Assembly (NCBI GenBank): GCA_016190505.1
Contig: JACPQM010000043.1
Coordinates: 9,188-73,187, forward strand
Reading direction: 5' to 3'
Origin: Chloroflexota bacterium
Lineage (GTDB): Bacteria; Chloroflexota; Dehalococcoidia; JACPQK01
DNA length: 64,000 nucleotides
Shown here: positions 8,951 to 18,681 of the stretch, piece by piece
Numbering within the stretch: position 1 is the stretch's first letter
How the letters are laid out: every line of letters starts with the position of its first letter
The notes under the pieces: generated by a model
The model's database searches: none
Told to the model about the DNA's origin: nothing
The model's input: the letters and a program-made list of their open reading frames with translations, nothing else
Made by a program: the position numbers and the translations under genes

Positions 8951-9541
8951 CTAATCTCGTCCTTCGAAAGAGCTGGTGAAGTGACCCAAATTGGTATTGT
9001 ATGTTAGATTGCTAACGGTACGCAACAGCAAAGCTTCGAGATTGGTCCTTAAATCCTTGTCATCTACTCTGTAAAGCGAATAATACATGGCCAGATCGCG
9101 GATTTTGGGCTTGTCTTTGGCCAGAGCAGGGCCGACGCGAATTGGAACTGGAACCCGCCGGCCAAGTGTTTGCGACACTTCCACACGGAAGTTCTGTGCT
9201 TGCCCAATGTAAAGGGCGTTCCCGGCGGAGTCGTAGATCAAGTAGATCCCCGCACAATCTGGTATTCGTGAATTACTATCAGGTATTGGACATATCTCGC
9301 AGACCGCCTGCACTGTGTAGCCAAACCTCCGTCGGGTTAGGCTCTGGAGGCAACCTAACAACGCCTTTTTTTGCGGAACCTTCTTGCCGCGGAGGTAATC
9401 GCTCATATTGGGTAGTTCCTGGCCACAGTCGTGTGCGAAATCACTCATGGTCTTGCTCTTGTAGCCCGCAAGATCGCGTAGCACCTTCAAGAATTGAACG
9501 TTCGGATCGTCTGCCTTGGGAAGGTCTGTCTTGATTGCCAT
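8951..9541 (-). CDS. XRE-type HTH + GIY-YIG nuclease domain protein
   Basis: C-terminal half GIYLIYDSAGNALYIGQAQNFRVE… is a GIY-YIG core. The N-terminal region is helix-turn-helix-like (…MSDFAHDCGQELPNMSDYLRGKKVP…). Markedly lower GC than flanks. Confidence 0.7.
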   Translation of the reverse strand: MAIKTDLPKADDPNVQFLKVLRDLAGYKSKTMSDFAHDCGQELPNMSDYLRGKKVPQKKALLGCLQSLTRRRFGYTVQAVCEICPIPDSNSRIPDCAGIYLIYDSAGNALYIGQAQNFRVEVSQTLGRRVPVPIRVGPALAKDKPKIRDLAMYYSLYRVDDKDLRTNLEALLLRTVSNLTYNTNLGHFTSSFEGRD

Positions 9542-9705
9542 TTGATGTCCTCCTCGATCAAGGCACCGCGCCTCTGCAACACCCCTATGTCAAACTGAAT
9601 GTTTGTTGTCGTAGATTCCTGCCATCTTCTTCGCCGTCTCCAGCATCTCCTTGCGCAGCTCTGGTGGCTCCAGCACCCCACCTTCTCCTCCCAGCCCAGG
9701 ACCCA

Positions 9706-9735
9706 GGGGTGAAGCATCCGCCGATGCTTCACCCC
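9706..9735. terminator. 13-bp perfect hairpin ggggtgaagcatc-cgcc-gatgcttcacccc at the 3' end of the DapB-like gene (convergent with the GIY-YIG gene)
   Basis: Seen directly. It overlaps the stop codon at 9735-9737. Confidence 0.5.
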
Positions 9736-10706
9736 TACATTTTGTTCAAGGGTGCGAAGTGCGCCTGGACCAGGTCGGCCATGGTGTGCAGGCCGGGCGG
9801 CGCCTTCAGTAGCCAGGGGATGCAGTTGGCCATCACGGCCACCGTGCCCAGGTCGCCGTGCACGCCCGGCGCGATGGTCATCTTGATGGGTGGGACTCCG
9901 TCTATGTCCACGGAGTCCGCTTCCTGGGCGCCGGCGTAGGCCTCGAACACCAGCCGGACGCGCACCTGGCCGCCTGATGTGCCAGTCGCCTCCTGGCGCA
10001 GGCCCAGGGCCGTACCTGTTGACTCCACGGGAAGGGGTGCCCCGGCGTTGATTGAGTCCAGCCGCCAGCCCAGGGCTGAGGCCAGCAGGGCGATGGACTG
10101 CTCCAGCCCCACGTGGCCCCCGATCTGGCCCGACTTCATCTGGCGCTTGAACTCGGCCAGCGGTAGGCCCGCGCCGACCTTCTTCAGGAAGGCCAAGCGC
10201 CGGCGGGAGGCGTCCAGCGTGCGCCGCACGGTGACAGATTTCACCTCCTGGCAGGCGGTGGTCAGGACCATGGGCAGCGCGTCCATCAGGAAGCCCGGGT
10301 TGATCCCCGTCCCCAGCACCGCCACACCGTGTACCATGCCCAGCCGGTCTACTTCGGCGGCCAGTTCCGGAGCGGACAGATAGGGGTAGCACAGCTCCTC
10401 ACAAGTGGAGAGCACCGGCAGGTGTGCCTCTACCAGAGCGGCGATCTGGGGGAAGGTGTCCTTGAGGTACGAGCGGGTGGCCAGTATGGCCAGGTCGGCC
10501 TGGAGGCCGGCCAGCGCCGCCTCGATGGTGGGCCGGACCGGCACCCCCAGCACTGGCTGGTCCAGCAGCCCGCCCAGGTCCACCCCCGCCTTGTCCGGCG
10601 CCGGATCAACGGCGCCCATGATGGTGGCGCCCCGGGCCAGCACGCCCCGGGCGATGGCCTGGCCCATTTCGCCCAGGCCGACGATGATTACTTTGAGCGA
10701 TGGCAT
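9735..10706 (-). CDS. DapB-like NAD(P)-dependent oxidoreductase (dihydrodipicolinate-reductase / 2,4-diaminopentanoate-dehydrogenase family)
   Basis: N-terminal Rossmann motif KVIIVGLGEMGQAIARG. 323 aa DapB-like architecture. Confidence 0.65.
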   Translation of the reverse strand: MPSLKVIIVGLGEMGQAIARGVLARGATIMGAVDPAPDKAGVDLGGLLDQPVLGVPVRPTIEAALAGLQADLAILATRSYLKDTFPQIAALVEAHLPVLSTCEELCYPYLSAPELAAEVDRLGMVHGVAVLGTGINPGFLMDALPMVLTTACQEVKSVTVRRTLDASRRRLAFLKKVGAGLPLAEFKRQMKSGQIGGHVGLEQSIALLASALGWRLDSINAGAPLPVESTGTALGLRQEATGTSGGQVRVRLVFEAYAGAQEADSVDIDGVPPIKMTIAPGVHGDLGTVAVMANCIPWLLKAPPGLHTMADLVQAHFAPLNKM

Positions 10707-10904
10707 GACCGAACACCCCCTGACGAGACTCCTCCGCCTGTACCGGGACTCAAAGAGACCTCAGCCCGACACGGCCTCCTACAGTGGCTCTCGTAGCAGT
10801 GCAAGCTGGGGAGGCGGCCCACCCTCTCCGCAGGCGGAGAGGGCAGGGTGAGGTGGCAGCCCGACCGCGACGGCAGCGCCCGTAGCCATATGCCGACTAG
10901 CGTA

Positions 10905-11055
10905 TTTCCTTTCAATGAACCGAGCCCCCCTGTCATTCTGAGCCCCTGCGGCTCGGGGCGAAGAATCCGTGCCTCCTGGTCTAGCATGGCGCCGAGAGAT
11001 GGATTCTTCGGTCGTCCTTAACCGCAGTCCCGATGCGTTGGGATCAGAATGACAA
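10905..11055. repeat. dispersed intergenic repeat (tttcaatgaacc…tgtcattctgag…ggggcgaagaatcc…ggattcttcg…tcagaatgaca)
   Basis: Its first ~95 nt (10905-11000) are ~85% identical to 47121-47213. Nested inverted repeats. Confidence 0.5.
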
Positions 11056-11325
11056 CTGCCAGACAGTACGCTAGCATTCTACCACGAGTGTCATGGTGGC
11101 TCTCCGGTGTCACACGACCTCGTTGGCTCTCGTGGCACCGTCCCGACTCATCGTGACAGTTGGAGATGACACAGCCTGCGCCAGCCTTGACAACGGTCAA
11201 AGGGCTTTGTAGTGTATAGGCATTCCAGGGTGCGTTTGCACCTCGGGGCTGCCTCGGGCCCGCGTCGTAGAAACGCCCCCGGTGTCCTGTCGGACGAGGG
11301 GCCAGCCCAGTCAAAGGAGAGACGG

Positions 11326-13113
11326 ATGCCTACAGCACTACGCGGTCGGGTTGTGACCGGTCTCGGGATTCTGGCGCTTCTCCTGGCCGCGTGCGGCCCG
11401 TCGGCCACGGCCACGCCCTCGCCCACTGCCACGCGGCCTGCCCCGGCTACGGAGGCGCCCAGGGCCACGGCCACGCCAGCCGTGGCCGCCACTGGCACAC
11501 CTGTGCCAACGGCGGCGCCCAGCCCGGCTCCCAAGGCCACGCCAGCCACCACCGGGCCCAAGTACGGCGGTGTTCTTCGCATCCGCACCACGGGTGACCC
11601 CGAGAGCTGGGACACCGGGCGCGACCACGGAGTGCCCGGGGAGTACATGCTCTGGGCCTATCCTCGCCTGTTTACGTTCTACCGGGGTGCTCCTGGTGAG
11701 CAGCAGTGCCAGGTCTACCCCATCAAGGGCGAGTTGGCCACGGGGTTCAAGTGGGTGGACGACCTGACCCTGGACGTCCCCATCCAACAAGGGGTGCGCC
11801 TGCCGCAGGGTGCCCCGTTCAATGGCCGGGAGCTCACCGCCGAGGACGTGGTCTTCTACTTCAACCGGGCCATGTTCGTCACCAAGCTCAACCCGCTGCT
11901 GAACATGGCGGCGATAACGGAATCAGTGACGGCCACGGACAAGTACACCGTGCGCTTCAAGCTCAAGAGCGCCCACGCCGAGTACCCGGAGATCGCCCTG
12001 GCCTACCACGCTACGGCCATCCTGCCCAGGGAGACCCTCAACCCACCGGGGGACCCCAACGGCAGGTACAGCTTCGAGAGCCACGTGGCGGGTGCCTATG
12101 GCCGTTTCCGCCCCACCAGGTACATCCCCGCCGTGTCCACCGAGTTTGAGAAAAACCCCAACTTCTTCATCAAGGGCCTCCCCTACCTCGATGGGGTGTC
12201 TCTGAAGATAATTCCCGAGGAGCCGACCATGGTGGCGGCCATGCGCGGGGGACGCCTGGACAGTGGCCTGGTCCGCTCCACCGAGACCATGGAGGAAGTG
12301 CGCAAGGTTGGGGGCCTGCAGCAAGAGATCTGCCCGGCCGCCAGCACCGTGATGGCCTGGATGAAGCTGAGCATGCCCGAGTTTCAGGATGTCAACGTGC
12401 GCCGGGCCATCTCCATGGCCCTGGACCGCGAGGCTCTGAACAAGCTGGTCTACCGGGGGCTGGCCAGCAATGGCTTCTCCCTGGTGCCGGGGCTGCTGGG
12501 CAAGGAGTGGACCATGGAGCTGAACGACTATCCTCCCGATGTCCGCCGCTACCTGGTGCGCGATGTGAATGCAGCCAAGTCAATGCTGTCCAAGTCGGCC
12601 TACCCCAACGGGTTTACTACCAAACTTACTTACTGGTCGGGGCAGGCCGGGCTGGGACCGATGGCCGAGGCCATCACCTCCATGCTGGACGACATCGGCA
12701 TCAAGATCCAACTGGACTCCATCAACCGGACGGAGCTCAATATCATCGTGGGGCAGTACCCCTGGGACATGCCGATTACCAAGTACCAGGGGATGCTCAT
12801 GATCCTTAGCTTCTGGACCGCGGTGGACGACCTCTATACCTATAGCTACTCCACGAGCATACGCAACCGCAGCGTGATCAAGGACCCCGAGCTGGACCGG
12901 ATGCTCCAGGAGCAAAGGAGCGCCACCGACCCGGCCAAGCGGGCCCAGATCGTGAAGGACATACAGGTCCGGCTGATAGACCAGATGTACATCCTGGGGT
13001 TGCCCACCAGCCCCTTCTCGGAGACGCATCAGCCCTACGTCAAGGGTATCTACTTCAAGACCTATGGCTGGTACGACGGCGAGCCCATGCGCGATGTCTG
13101 GCTAGACAAGTAG
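11326..13113 (+). CDS. ABC transporter substrate-binding lipoprotein, family 5 (peptide/nickel type)
   Basis: AAAGGAGAG SD. Lipobox LLLAAC|GP followed by an Ala/Thr/Pro-rich linker. SBP_bac_5-like body. Confidence 0.8.
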   Translation: MPTALRGRVVTGLGILALLLAACGPSATATPSPTATRPAPATEAPRATATPAVAATGTPVPTAAPSPAPKATPATTGPKYGGVLRIRTTGDPESWDTGRDHGVPGEYMLWAYPRLFTFYRGAPGEQQCQVYPIKGELATGFKWVDDLTLDVPIQQGVRLPQGAPFNGRELTAEDVVFYFNRAMFVTKLNPLLNMAAITESVTATDKYTVRFKLKSAHAEYPEIALAYHATAILPRETLNPPGDPNGRYSFESHVAGAYGRFRPTRYIPAVSTEFEKNPNFFIKGLPYLDGVSLKIIPEEPTMVAAMRGGRLDSGLVRSTETMEEVRKVGGLQQEICPAASTVMAWMKLSMPEFQDVNVRRAISMALDREALNKLVYRGLASNGFSLVPGLLGKEWTMELNDYPPDVRRYLVRDVNAAKSMLSKSAYPNGFTTKLTYWSGQAGLGPMAEAITSMLDDIGIKIQLDSINRTELNIIVGQYPWDMPITKYQGMLMILSFWTAVDDLYTYSYSTSIRNRSVIKDPELDRMLQEQRSATDPAKRAQIVKDIQVRLIDQMYILGLPTSPFSETHQPYVKGIYFKTYGWYDGEPMRDVWLDK

Positions 13114-13169
13114 GGGCGCGATTCATCGCGCCCCCCGCCCGTAGGGGCATGGCGCACCATGCCCCTACG
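13113..13169. terminator. two consecutive hairpins after the SBP gene; the second is of the CGTAGGGGC…GCCCCTACG REP-like type
   Basis: ggggcgcga-ttca-tcgcgcccc, then gtaggggcatgg-cgca-ccatgcccctac. Confidence 0.5.
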
Positions 13170-13209
13170 TTGGCTTAGCAATAGATTTGAATAGGGAGCA
13201 CTGCATCTG

Positions 13210-15765
13210 ATGAAGCCGTCAGGCGCCCCCGACGGCGAGTGGGTCTACTCCGTCTGCGACATGTGCTACGGGTGTTGCGGCATCCGGGTACACCGCCGCG
13301 ACGGCGCCGTGGTCCGCATCGAGGGTAATCCGGACTATCCCCACAACTGGGGCCGGCTGTGCGCCAAGGGCAATGCCGGGCTTATGGGGCTGTACAACCC
13401 TGGCCGGGCCAGTAGTCCGCTAAAGCGTACCAACCTGGCAAAGGGCATCGGCGTTGACCCCCAGTGGGTGGAGATAAGCTGGGAAGAGGCGTTGGACACC
13501 ATTGCCCAGCGTCTTCAGAAGGTCCGGCAGGAAGACCCCCGGAAGCTGATGGTAGCCGTCTCCATAGACCTGAGCCTCAGGTTCTGGGCCATGCTCTGGG
13601 CACAGGCCTTCGGCACCCCCAACTCGGAGTGGACCTCGGCGGGCATGTTCTGCGGGGCGGGCCTCCACATGTTCACCTACATGACCAACGCCACTTTCCA
13701 CTCCGAAGTGGACCTGAGTCACTGCAACTACTGCATCCTCATCGGCAACCAGTTGGGGTTCGGGATAGGCATTAGCCCCAACCTGCTTACCCAGAAGATG
13801 GCCGATGCCCGGGCCAGGGGCATGAAGGTGGTGGTGGTAGACCCGGTGTGCTCCACGGCCGCCAGCAAGGCCAACGAGTGGGTGCCCATCAGGCCGGGGA
13901 CGGACGCGGCCCTGGCGCTGTCCATGGTCAACGTCCTGGTCAACGAGCTGGGCATCTATGACGCCGACTTCATCAAGGGGCACACCAACGGGCCGTACCT
14001 GGTGGGACCTGACGGCCGCTATGTCCGCGACGGCGCCAGTGGCAAGCCAATGGTATGGGACGGCGCCGACCGTATGGCAAAGCCCTATGACAGTCCCAGC
14101 GTGCGGGATGCGTCCATCGAAGGGACCTACGAAGCGGCCGGCGCGGTGTGCCAACCGGCCTTTCAGCGACTGAAGGACCACGTCAGGAGCTACACTCCGG
14201 AGTCAGTCTCCCAGATAACCACCGTCCCGGCGGAGACCATACGGAGGATCGCGGCTGAGTTCGGCAGGGTGGCGCAGATCGGGTCAACCATCTGCATCGA
14301 AGGCCAGGAGCTGCCCTACCGTCCGGTAGCGGTGAACCAGTACCGCGGGGCCACCAGCCACAAGCACGGGGGCATGGCGGCCCTCGCCATTCAGATGCTG
14401 AACCTGGTCGTGGGGGCGGTCTACTCAGCGGGCGGACACCAGGGCGCCAACCCCATAGGCCCGTGGTGGACCACCCAGGAGGGGCCGGATGGTCTACTGG
14501 TGGCGGCCCCTGCCGTCCAGAGCGGTCCCAACCCCTACCGGTTCATGACGATGGAGGCCCGGCCCCCGCAGTCCACGGAGCTGCCGGAGCTTTTCCCCGC
14601 CTCCTGGTCCCACTGCTCCGCCGTGTTGCTCTCCCTGCTTGAACCTGAGCGGTACGGCCTGAACAGGCCGGAGGTCATGCTCCATGGCGGTCTGAACCTC
14701 ATGATGACCACTGTGGACCCGCAGATAACGGGCCGCGCCCTGGCCGCCATTCCGTTCATGGTGTCATTTGCCCGGGAGATTGACGAGACCGTGGAGTTCG
14801 CGGACATCGTCCTCCCCGAGCCCCACTATCTCGAGCGGTTCGACCCGGTGACTACGAGCCACCGCCTCGGCATTGCCCCCGCCAGCGGCTACTGGTACTG
14901 GGGCGTCCGGCAGGCGGCCATCGAACCGGACACTGACGTGAGAAACTCCACCGATGTGCTCATAGAGCTGGCCAACCGAGTTGGGTTCCTGGCCGATTTC
15001 AACCAGTTGGTGGGCGGCGCGCTGAGCTTCAGGCAGCCCTGTCCCGATGCATCGGGAGAGCCGGACAAGGTGTACTCCCGGGAGGAGCTGGGGGAGCTAT
15101 GGGTGAAGGCGCTGGGGACTGACCACGACCTGGCGTGGTTCAAAGAGCATGGCTGCCTGAAGTGGGAGCGGTCAAACGAGGAGTCATACCCTTTTCCCTC
15201 GATAAAGCAGCGCATCCCCATCTACTACGAGCACCTCCTGAGTGCAGGGGACTACGTGCGGAAGGTGAGGGGGGCGATGGGCTTCTCCAGCGACATCTCC
15301 GGCTATGACTACCAGCCGCTGCCCGACTGGAAGCCCTGTGACGCCTTCTCGGCCCAATCATCGGAGTACGACCTTTTCTGTGTCAACTACACGCTCCCCT
15401 TCCATACATATTCCTTCACCGCCGAGAACCCCTGGCTCAATGAGGTCGCCGAGCACCACCCCTACGCTTACAGGGTCCTGCTCAACCCGGAAACGGCAAA
15501 AAGGCGCAGCATCAAGGACGGGGACGCCATCAGGGTGACAACCATTACCGGCCGGAGCGCGACTGGAAAAGCCAGGGTTACCGAGTGCGTCCACCCGGAG
15601 GTAGTGGCGATCGCGGGCGTGTTTGGCTCCTGGGCCAGGGGCAAGCCGATTGCCCGGGGCAAGGGGACGCATTTCAACAGCCTGTTGCCCTTCGACCTCC
15701 AACACGTGGACATGATGTCCCTGTCCACGGATGCCTGCGAGAGGGTAACCGTGCGCCCCCTGTAG
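13210..15765 (+). CDS. molybdopterin (bis-MGD) oxidoreductase catalytic subunit, DMSO-reductase/formate-dehydrogenase superfamily
   Basis: N-terminal 4Fe-4S motif CDMCYGCC…C(AKG). ~850 aa with molybdopterin-binding regions (…NYCILIGNQ…VVVVDPVCSTAASKANEWVPIRPGTD…). No twin-arginine signal. Confidence 0.85.
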   Translation: MKPSGAPDGEWVYSVCDMCYGCCGIRVHRRDGAVVRIEGNPDYPHNWGRLCAKGNAGLMGLYNPGRASSPLKRTNLAKGIGVDPQWVEISWEEALDTIAQRLQKVRQEDPRKLMVAVSIDLSLRFWAMLWAQAFGTPNSEWTSAGMFCGAGLHMFTYMTNATFHSEVDLSHCNYCILIGNQLGFGIGISPNLLTQKMADARARGMKVVVVDPVCSTAASKANEWVPIRPGTDAALALSMVNVLVNELGIYDADFIKGHTNGPYLVGPDGRYVRDGASGKPMVWDGADRMAKPYDSPSVRDASIEGTYEAAGAVCQPAFQRLKDHVRSYTPESVSQITTVPAETIRRIAAEFGRVAQIGSTICIEGQELPYRPVAVNQYRGATSHKHGGMAALAIQMLNLVVGAVYSAGGHQGANPIGPWWTTQEGPDGLLVAAPAVQSGPNPYRFMTMEARPPQSTELPELFPASWSHCSAVLLSLLEPERYGLNRPEVMLHGGLNLMMTTVDPQITGRALAAIPFMVSFAREIDETVEFADIVLPEPHYLERFDPVTTSHRLGIAPASGYWYWGVRQAAIEPDTDVRNSTDVLIELANRVGFLADFNQLVGGALSFRQPCPDASGEPDKVYSREELGELWVKALGTDHDLAWFKEHGCLKWERSNEESYPFPSIKQRIPIYYEHLLSAGDYVRKVRGAMGFSSDISGYDYQPLPDWKPCDAFSAQSSEYDLFCVNYTLPFHTYSFTAENPWLNEVAEHHPYAYRVLLNPETAKRRSIKDGDAIRVTTITGRSATGKARVTECVHPEVVAIAGVFGSWARGKPIARGKGTHFNSLLPFDLQHVDMMSLSTDACERVTVRPL

Positions 15766-15892
15766 CGGCCTGGGCGGGTCTCCGGTCGGCCTGGAAACGG
15801 CGTTCGTCGTGCGGGCCAAGTGCCCCGGGGCCACAAGACAGGATTGAATCGCGAACACGGCGGAGAGCTGTGAGAATTGTGAGAATGCCGCT

Positions 15893-18436
15893 ATGGATGG
15901 CCAGGGCACCGTAGTCACGCCTTCCTTCTGTGTCGAGTGCTACAATCACTGCCCGGTGATTGTGCACGTTGACAACGGCACCATTGTCCGCGTGGAGGGT
16001 AACTCGCTTACTCCCTACACCCAGGGCAGGCTGTGCCCCAAAGGGCAGGCCGCCCTTATGCGCCTGTATGACCCCAACCGGCTGCGGGTCCCTATGAAGC
16101 GGACCAATCCCGACAAAGGCATCGGGGTTGACCCCCGGTGGCAGGAGATAACCTGGGAGGAGGCCCTGGAGACCATCGCGGGCAGAATGGCCCAGCTCAG
16201 GGCCACTAACCCCCGTGGGCTGAAGGTGCCCACGCGGGAGCACCCGCGCGTGGCCATGGCCCAATGCTGGGGACTCGCCTTTGGCACCCACTACGTCGGC
16301 TCCGGGGCGGGGACCGGAGGTGGCGTGCAGTGCGGCAACGCCGCTCACACCCTGGGCACCCAGATATGGGGCTCATTCCACGACTGGCCGGAGTACCGGT
16401 ACACCCGCTATGCGCTGTTCATCGGCACCAACACGGGATTCGAGTCCGACCGGGCATTGCCCATGGACGCCAAGCGCATCGCGGATGCACGCCTGCAAGG
16501 GATGAAACTGGTGGTGGTAGACCTGCGCTTTACGCACACCGCTGCCAAAGCCGACGAATGGATACCCATCCGGCCCGCCACCGATGGTGCCTTCGTGCTT
16601 GGTCTGGTCAACCTGCTGGTCAACGAGCTGGGCATCTACGATGCGCAGTTTCTCCGGCAACACACCAATGCGCCCTATTTGATTGGTCCCGACGGCCACT
16701 ACGTGGTTGATCCCGTGTCCGGCAAGCCGCTCATATGGGACGCCGTGGCAAACGGGGCCAGGCCGTTCGACGTTTTCGGCGGCGACGAGGTGAGCGGCAG
16801 GGCAGCCCTGGAGGGAGAATACGTAGTCAACGGAGTGCCCTGCCGTCCCGCCTTTCAACTGCTGAAGGACCGGGTCAGGGAGTACACTCCGGAGAAAGTG
16901 GAGCAGATCACCAGCGTGCCCGCGGCCACCGTGCGGCGGGTGGCCCGGGAGTTTGGGGAGAGCGCCCAGATCGGCGCCACCATTGAGATTGAGGGGCAGC
17001 GTTGGCCGCTCCGGGGCTCGCTGGTGGCCTACTACCGGGGCACGCAGGGCCACGTGCACTCAACCCTTACCACGCAGGCCATCTACACCCTCCAGATGAT
17101 GGTGGGGGCGATGGGGGTCCCCGGCGGCACCATGCGCTTGCCCACCGGCACGCGCATACCCTCCGCGCCACTGCGGGCGCGTCCCGATGGTACTGTGGCC
17201 TACGACCTTACCCAGCACGTGCCCTTTGCGCCACCGGTGTGGCCTCCTACGGAATACCACCTGGGCAACTACCTGCCCTTCGACGTGGTGGGGGCCTCTC
17301 ATCTCCACTACGTCACCGGGGCCGGACCGGACAAGTGGGGCCTGGACTCGAACGTCATGGTCTTCGCCGACAACTCCAATCCCGTGCTGGTAGTAGGCGA
17401 CCAGAAGGTGATGGACGCCTATCACCAGAACGCCTTTGTCGTGGTAATGGACCAGTACCTTACCGAGACCGCCGAGCTGGCCGACATAGTGCTTCCCTCC
17501 GACTTCCAGCTTGAGAGGCACAGCGTGGTGGCGGTGAAGGCCGGGGCCAGCTATCTTGGCTTCGTTTACTCCCGGCCCGCCGTCAAGCGACCGTACCAGG
17601 CCAGAGACTGGTGGGAGGTGGCCCTGGAGCTGGCGGAGCGGGTAGGCTTCCTCTACGGTGAAGGCGGCTTCAACTACTGGGTCAACGCCACTTTCCGCCT
17701 CCGGCCGGAGTACGCCCTCAGCCTGAACGAACGCCCCGACTCGTTCCAGGTCCAGGAGAGGATTGTCAAGAATATCATCGGCGAAGAAGGCTGGCAGAAG
17801 CTGGTGACTGAGGGGCTTTATGCCTACCGAGTGCCTGCCGCGGAGAAGTACCTGCCCTATCGGGGTGCCCGGCTGGCCTTCTACAACGAAGCTCTGCTGA
17901 AGACTGGCCAGGACCTGGTGCGTGGGATGAAGGAAAGTGGGGCCTACGACAAGGTGGCCACCGCGCTCGACCTTTCAGACTATGATGCCCTGCCCAAGTG
18001 GAAGCCTGGTCCGATTCACCATGAGGACCCAAAGTACGACCTCTTCGCAGTAAACGGCAAGTCCGTGCTGTTTACCTTCGGGCGTTCCGCGTTCAACGCC
18101 TGGCTTATGGAGCTGGCGGAGAGAGACCCCTATGTGCTGAAAGTGTGGGTCCACCGTGATACAGCCAGGCGGAAGGGTATCCAGGATGGGCAGGCCATCT
18201 GGGTGGAGTCGAAGACAGCGCGAGTGCGGGGCGAGGCCAAGGTGACCCAAGGCATGCACCCGGAGTGCGTTGGGATTGTGGGGTGCTTGGGACACTGGTG
18301 CGACCATCCCATTGCCGGGGGCAAAGGAGTCCACTTCAACTCCTTGATAGACCTGAGCCTCCAGAACACTGACCCTATTTGTGCCACCATGCAGGGCTCT
18401 GCGGTGCGCGTGAAGATCTACCCCGACGCGCGGTAA
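15893..18436 (+). CDS. molybdopterin (bis-MGD) oxidoreductase catalytic subunit, tandem paralog
   Basis: CVECYNHC…C(PKG) Fe-S motif. Colinear and clearly homologous to the upstream gene (GIGVDPRWQEITWEEALETIA…, LVNELGIYDAQF…). Confidence 0.85.
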   Translation: MDGQGTVVTPSFCVECYNHCPVIVHVDNGTIVRVEGNSLTPYTQGRLCPKGQAALMRLYDPNRLRVPMKRTNPDKGIGVDPRWQEITWEEALETIAGRMAQLRATNPRGLKVPTREHPRVAMAQCWGLAFGTHYVGSGAGTGGGVQCGNAAHTLGTQIWGSFHDWPEYRYTRYALFIGTNTGFESDRALPMDAKRIADARLQGMKLVVVDLRFTHTAAKADEWIPIRPATDGAFVLGLVNLLVNELGIYDAQFLRQHTNAPYLIGPDGHYVVDPVSGKPLIWDAVANGARPFDVFGGDEVSGRAALEGEYVVNGVPCRPAFQLLKDRVREYTPEKVEQITSVPAATVRRVAREFGESAQIGATIEIEGQRWPLRGSLVAYYRGTQGHVHSTLTTQAIYTLQMMVGAMGVPGGTMRLPTGTRIPSAPLRARPDGTVAYDLTQHVPFAPPVWPPTEYHLGNYLPFDVVGASHLHYVTGAGPDKWGLDSNVMVFADNSNPVLVVGDQKVMDAYHQNAFVVVMDQYLTETAELADIVLPSDFQLERHSVVAVKAGASYLGFVYSRPAVKRPYQARDWWEVALELAERVGFLYGEGGFNYWVNATFRLRPEYALSLNERPDSFQVQERIVKNIIGEEGWQKLVTEGLYAYRVPAAEKYLPYRGARLAFYNEALLKTGQDLVRGMKESGAYDKVATALDLSDYDALPKWKPGPIHHEDPKYDLFAVNGKSVLFTFGRSAFNAWLMELAERDPYVLKVWVHRDTARRKGIQDGQAIWVESKTARVRGEAKVTQGMHPECVGIVGCLGHWCDHPIAGGKGVHFNSLIDLSLQNTDPICATMQGSAVRVKIYPDAR

Positions 18437-18572
18437 AGACAGCAAAGGGTAGGACGGGCATTCAAAGCTGGCGGTCAACCGCTGTTCTCGGCTGCGCGTT
18501 CCAGAAACCGCCATAAGAAACGAAGACAGGAAAACCCGCTGCCTTGGGCACACCCCGACATGCGGTCAAACC

Positions 18573-18600
18573 GTAGGGGCGACCGGCCGGTCGCCCCTAC
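18573..18600. repeat. 28-bp perfect palindrome gtaggggcgaccgg|ccggtcgcccctac (REP-like)
   Basis: Same CGTAGGGGC/GCCCCTACG arms as at 13140-13169 and 8047-8056. Confidence 0.5.
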
Positions 18601-18681
18601 GCGTTGGTGCTCCATCTCGGTGGGAAAACCGTCCGTTCGGGTAGACATAACAGGTGGCGGATTCTGGGCGTTCCCCTGCTC

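Noticed and set aside
9487-10392. 301-aa minus-strand ORF overlapping the DapB-like gene out of frame
   Set aside because: The alternative frame of a real gene. Translation is Arg/Gly/Pro-rich.
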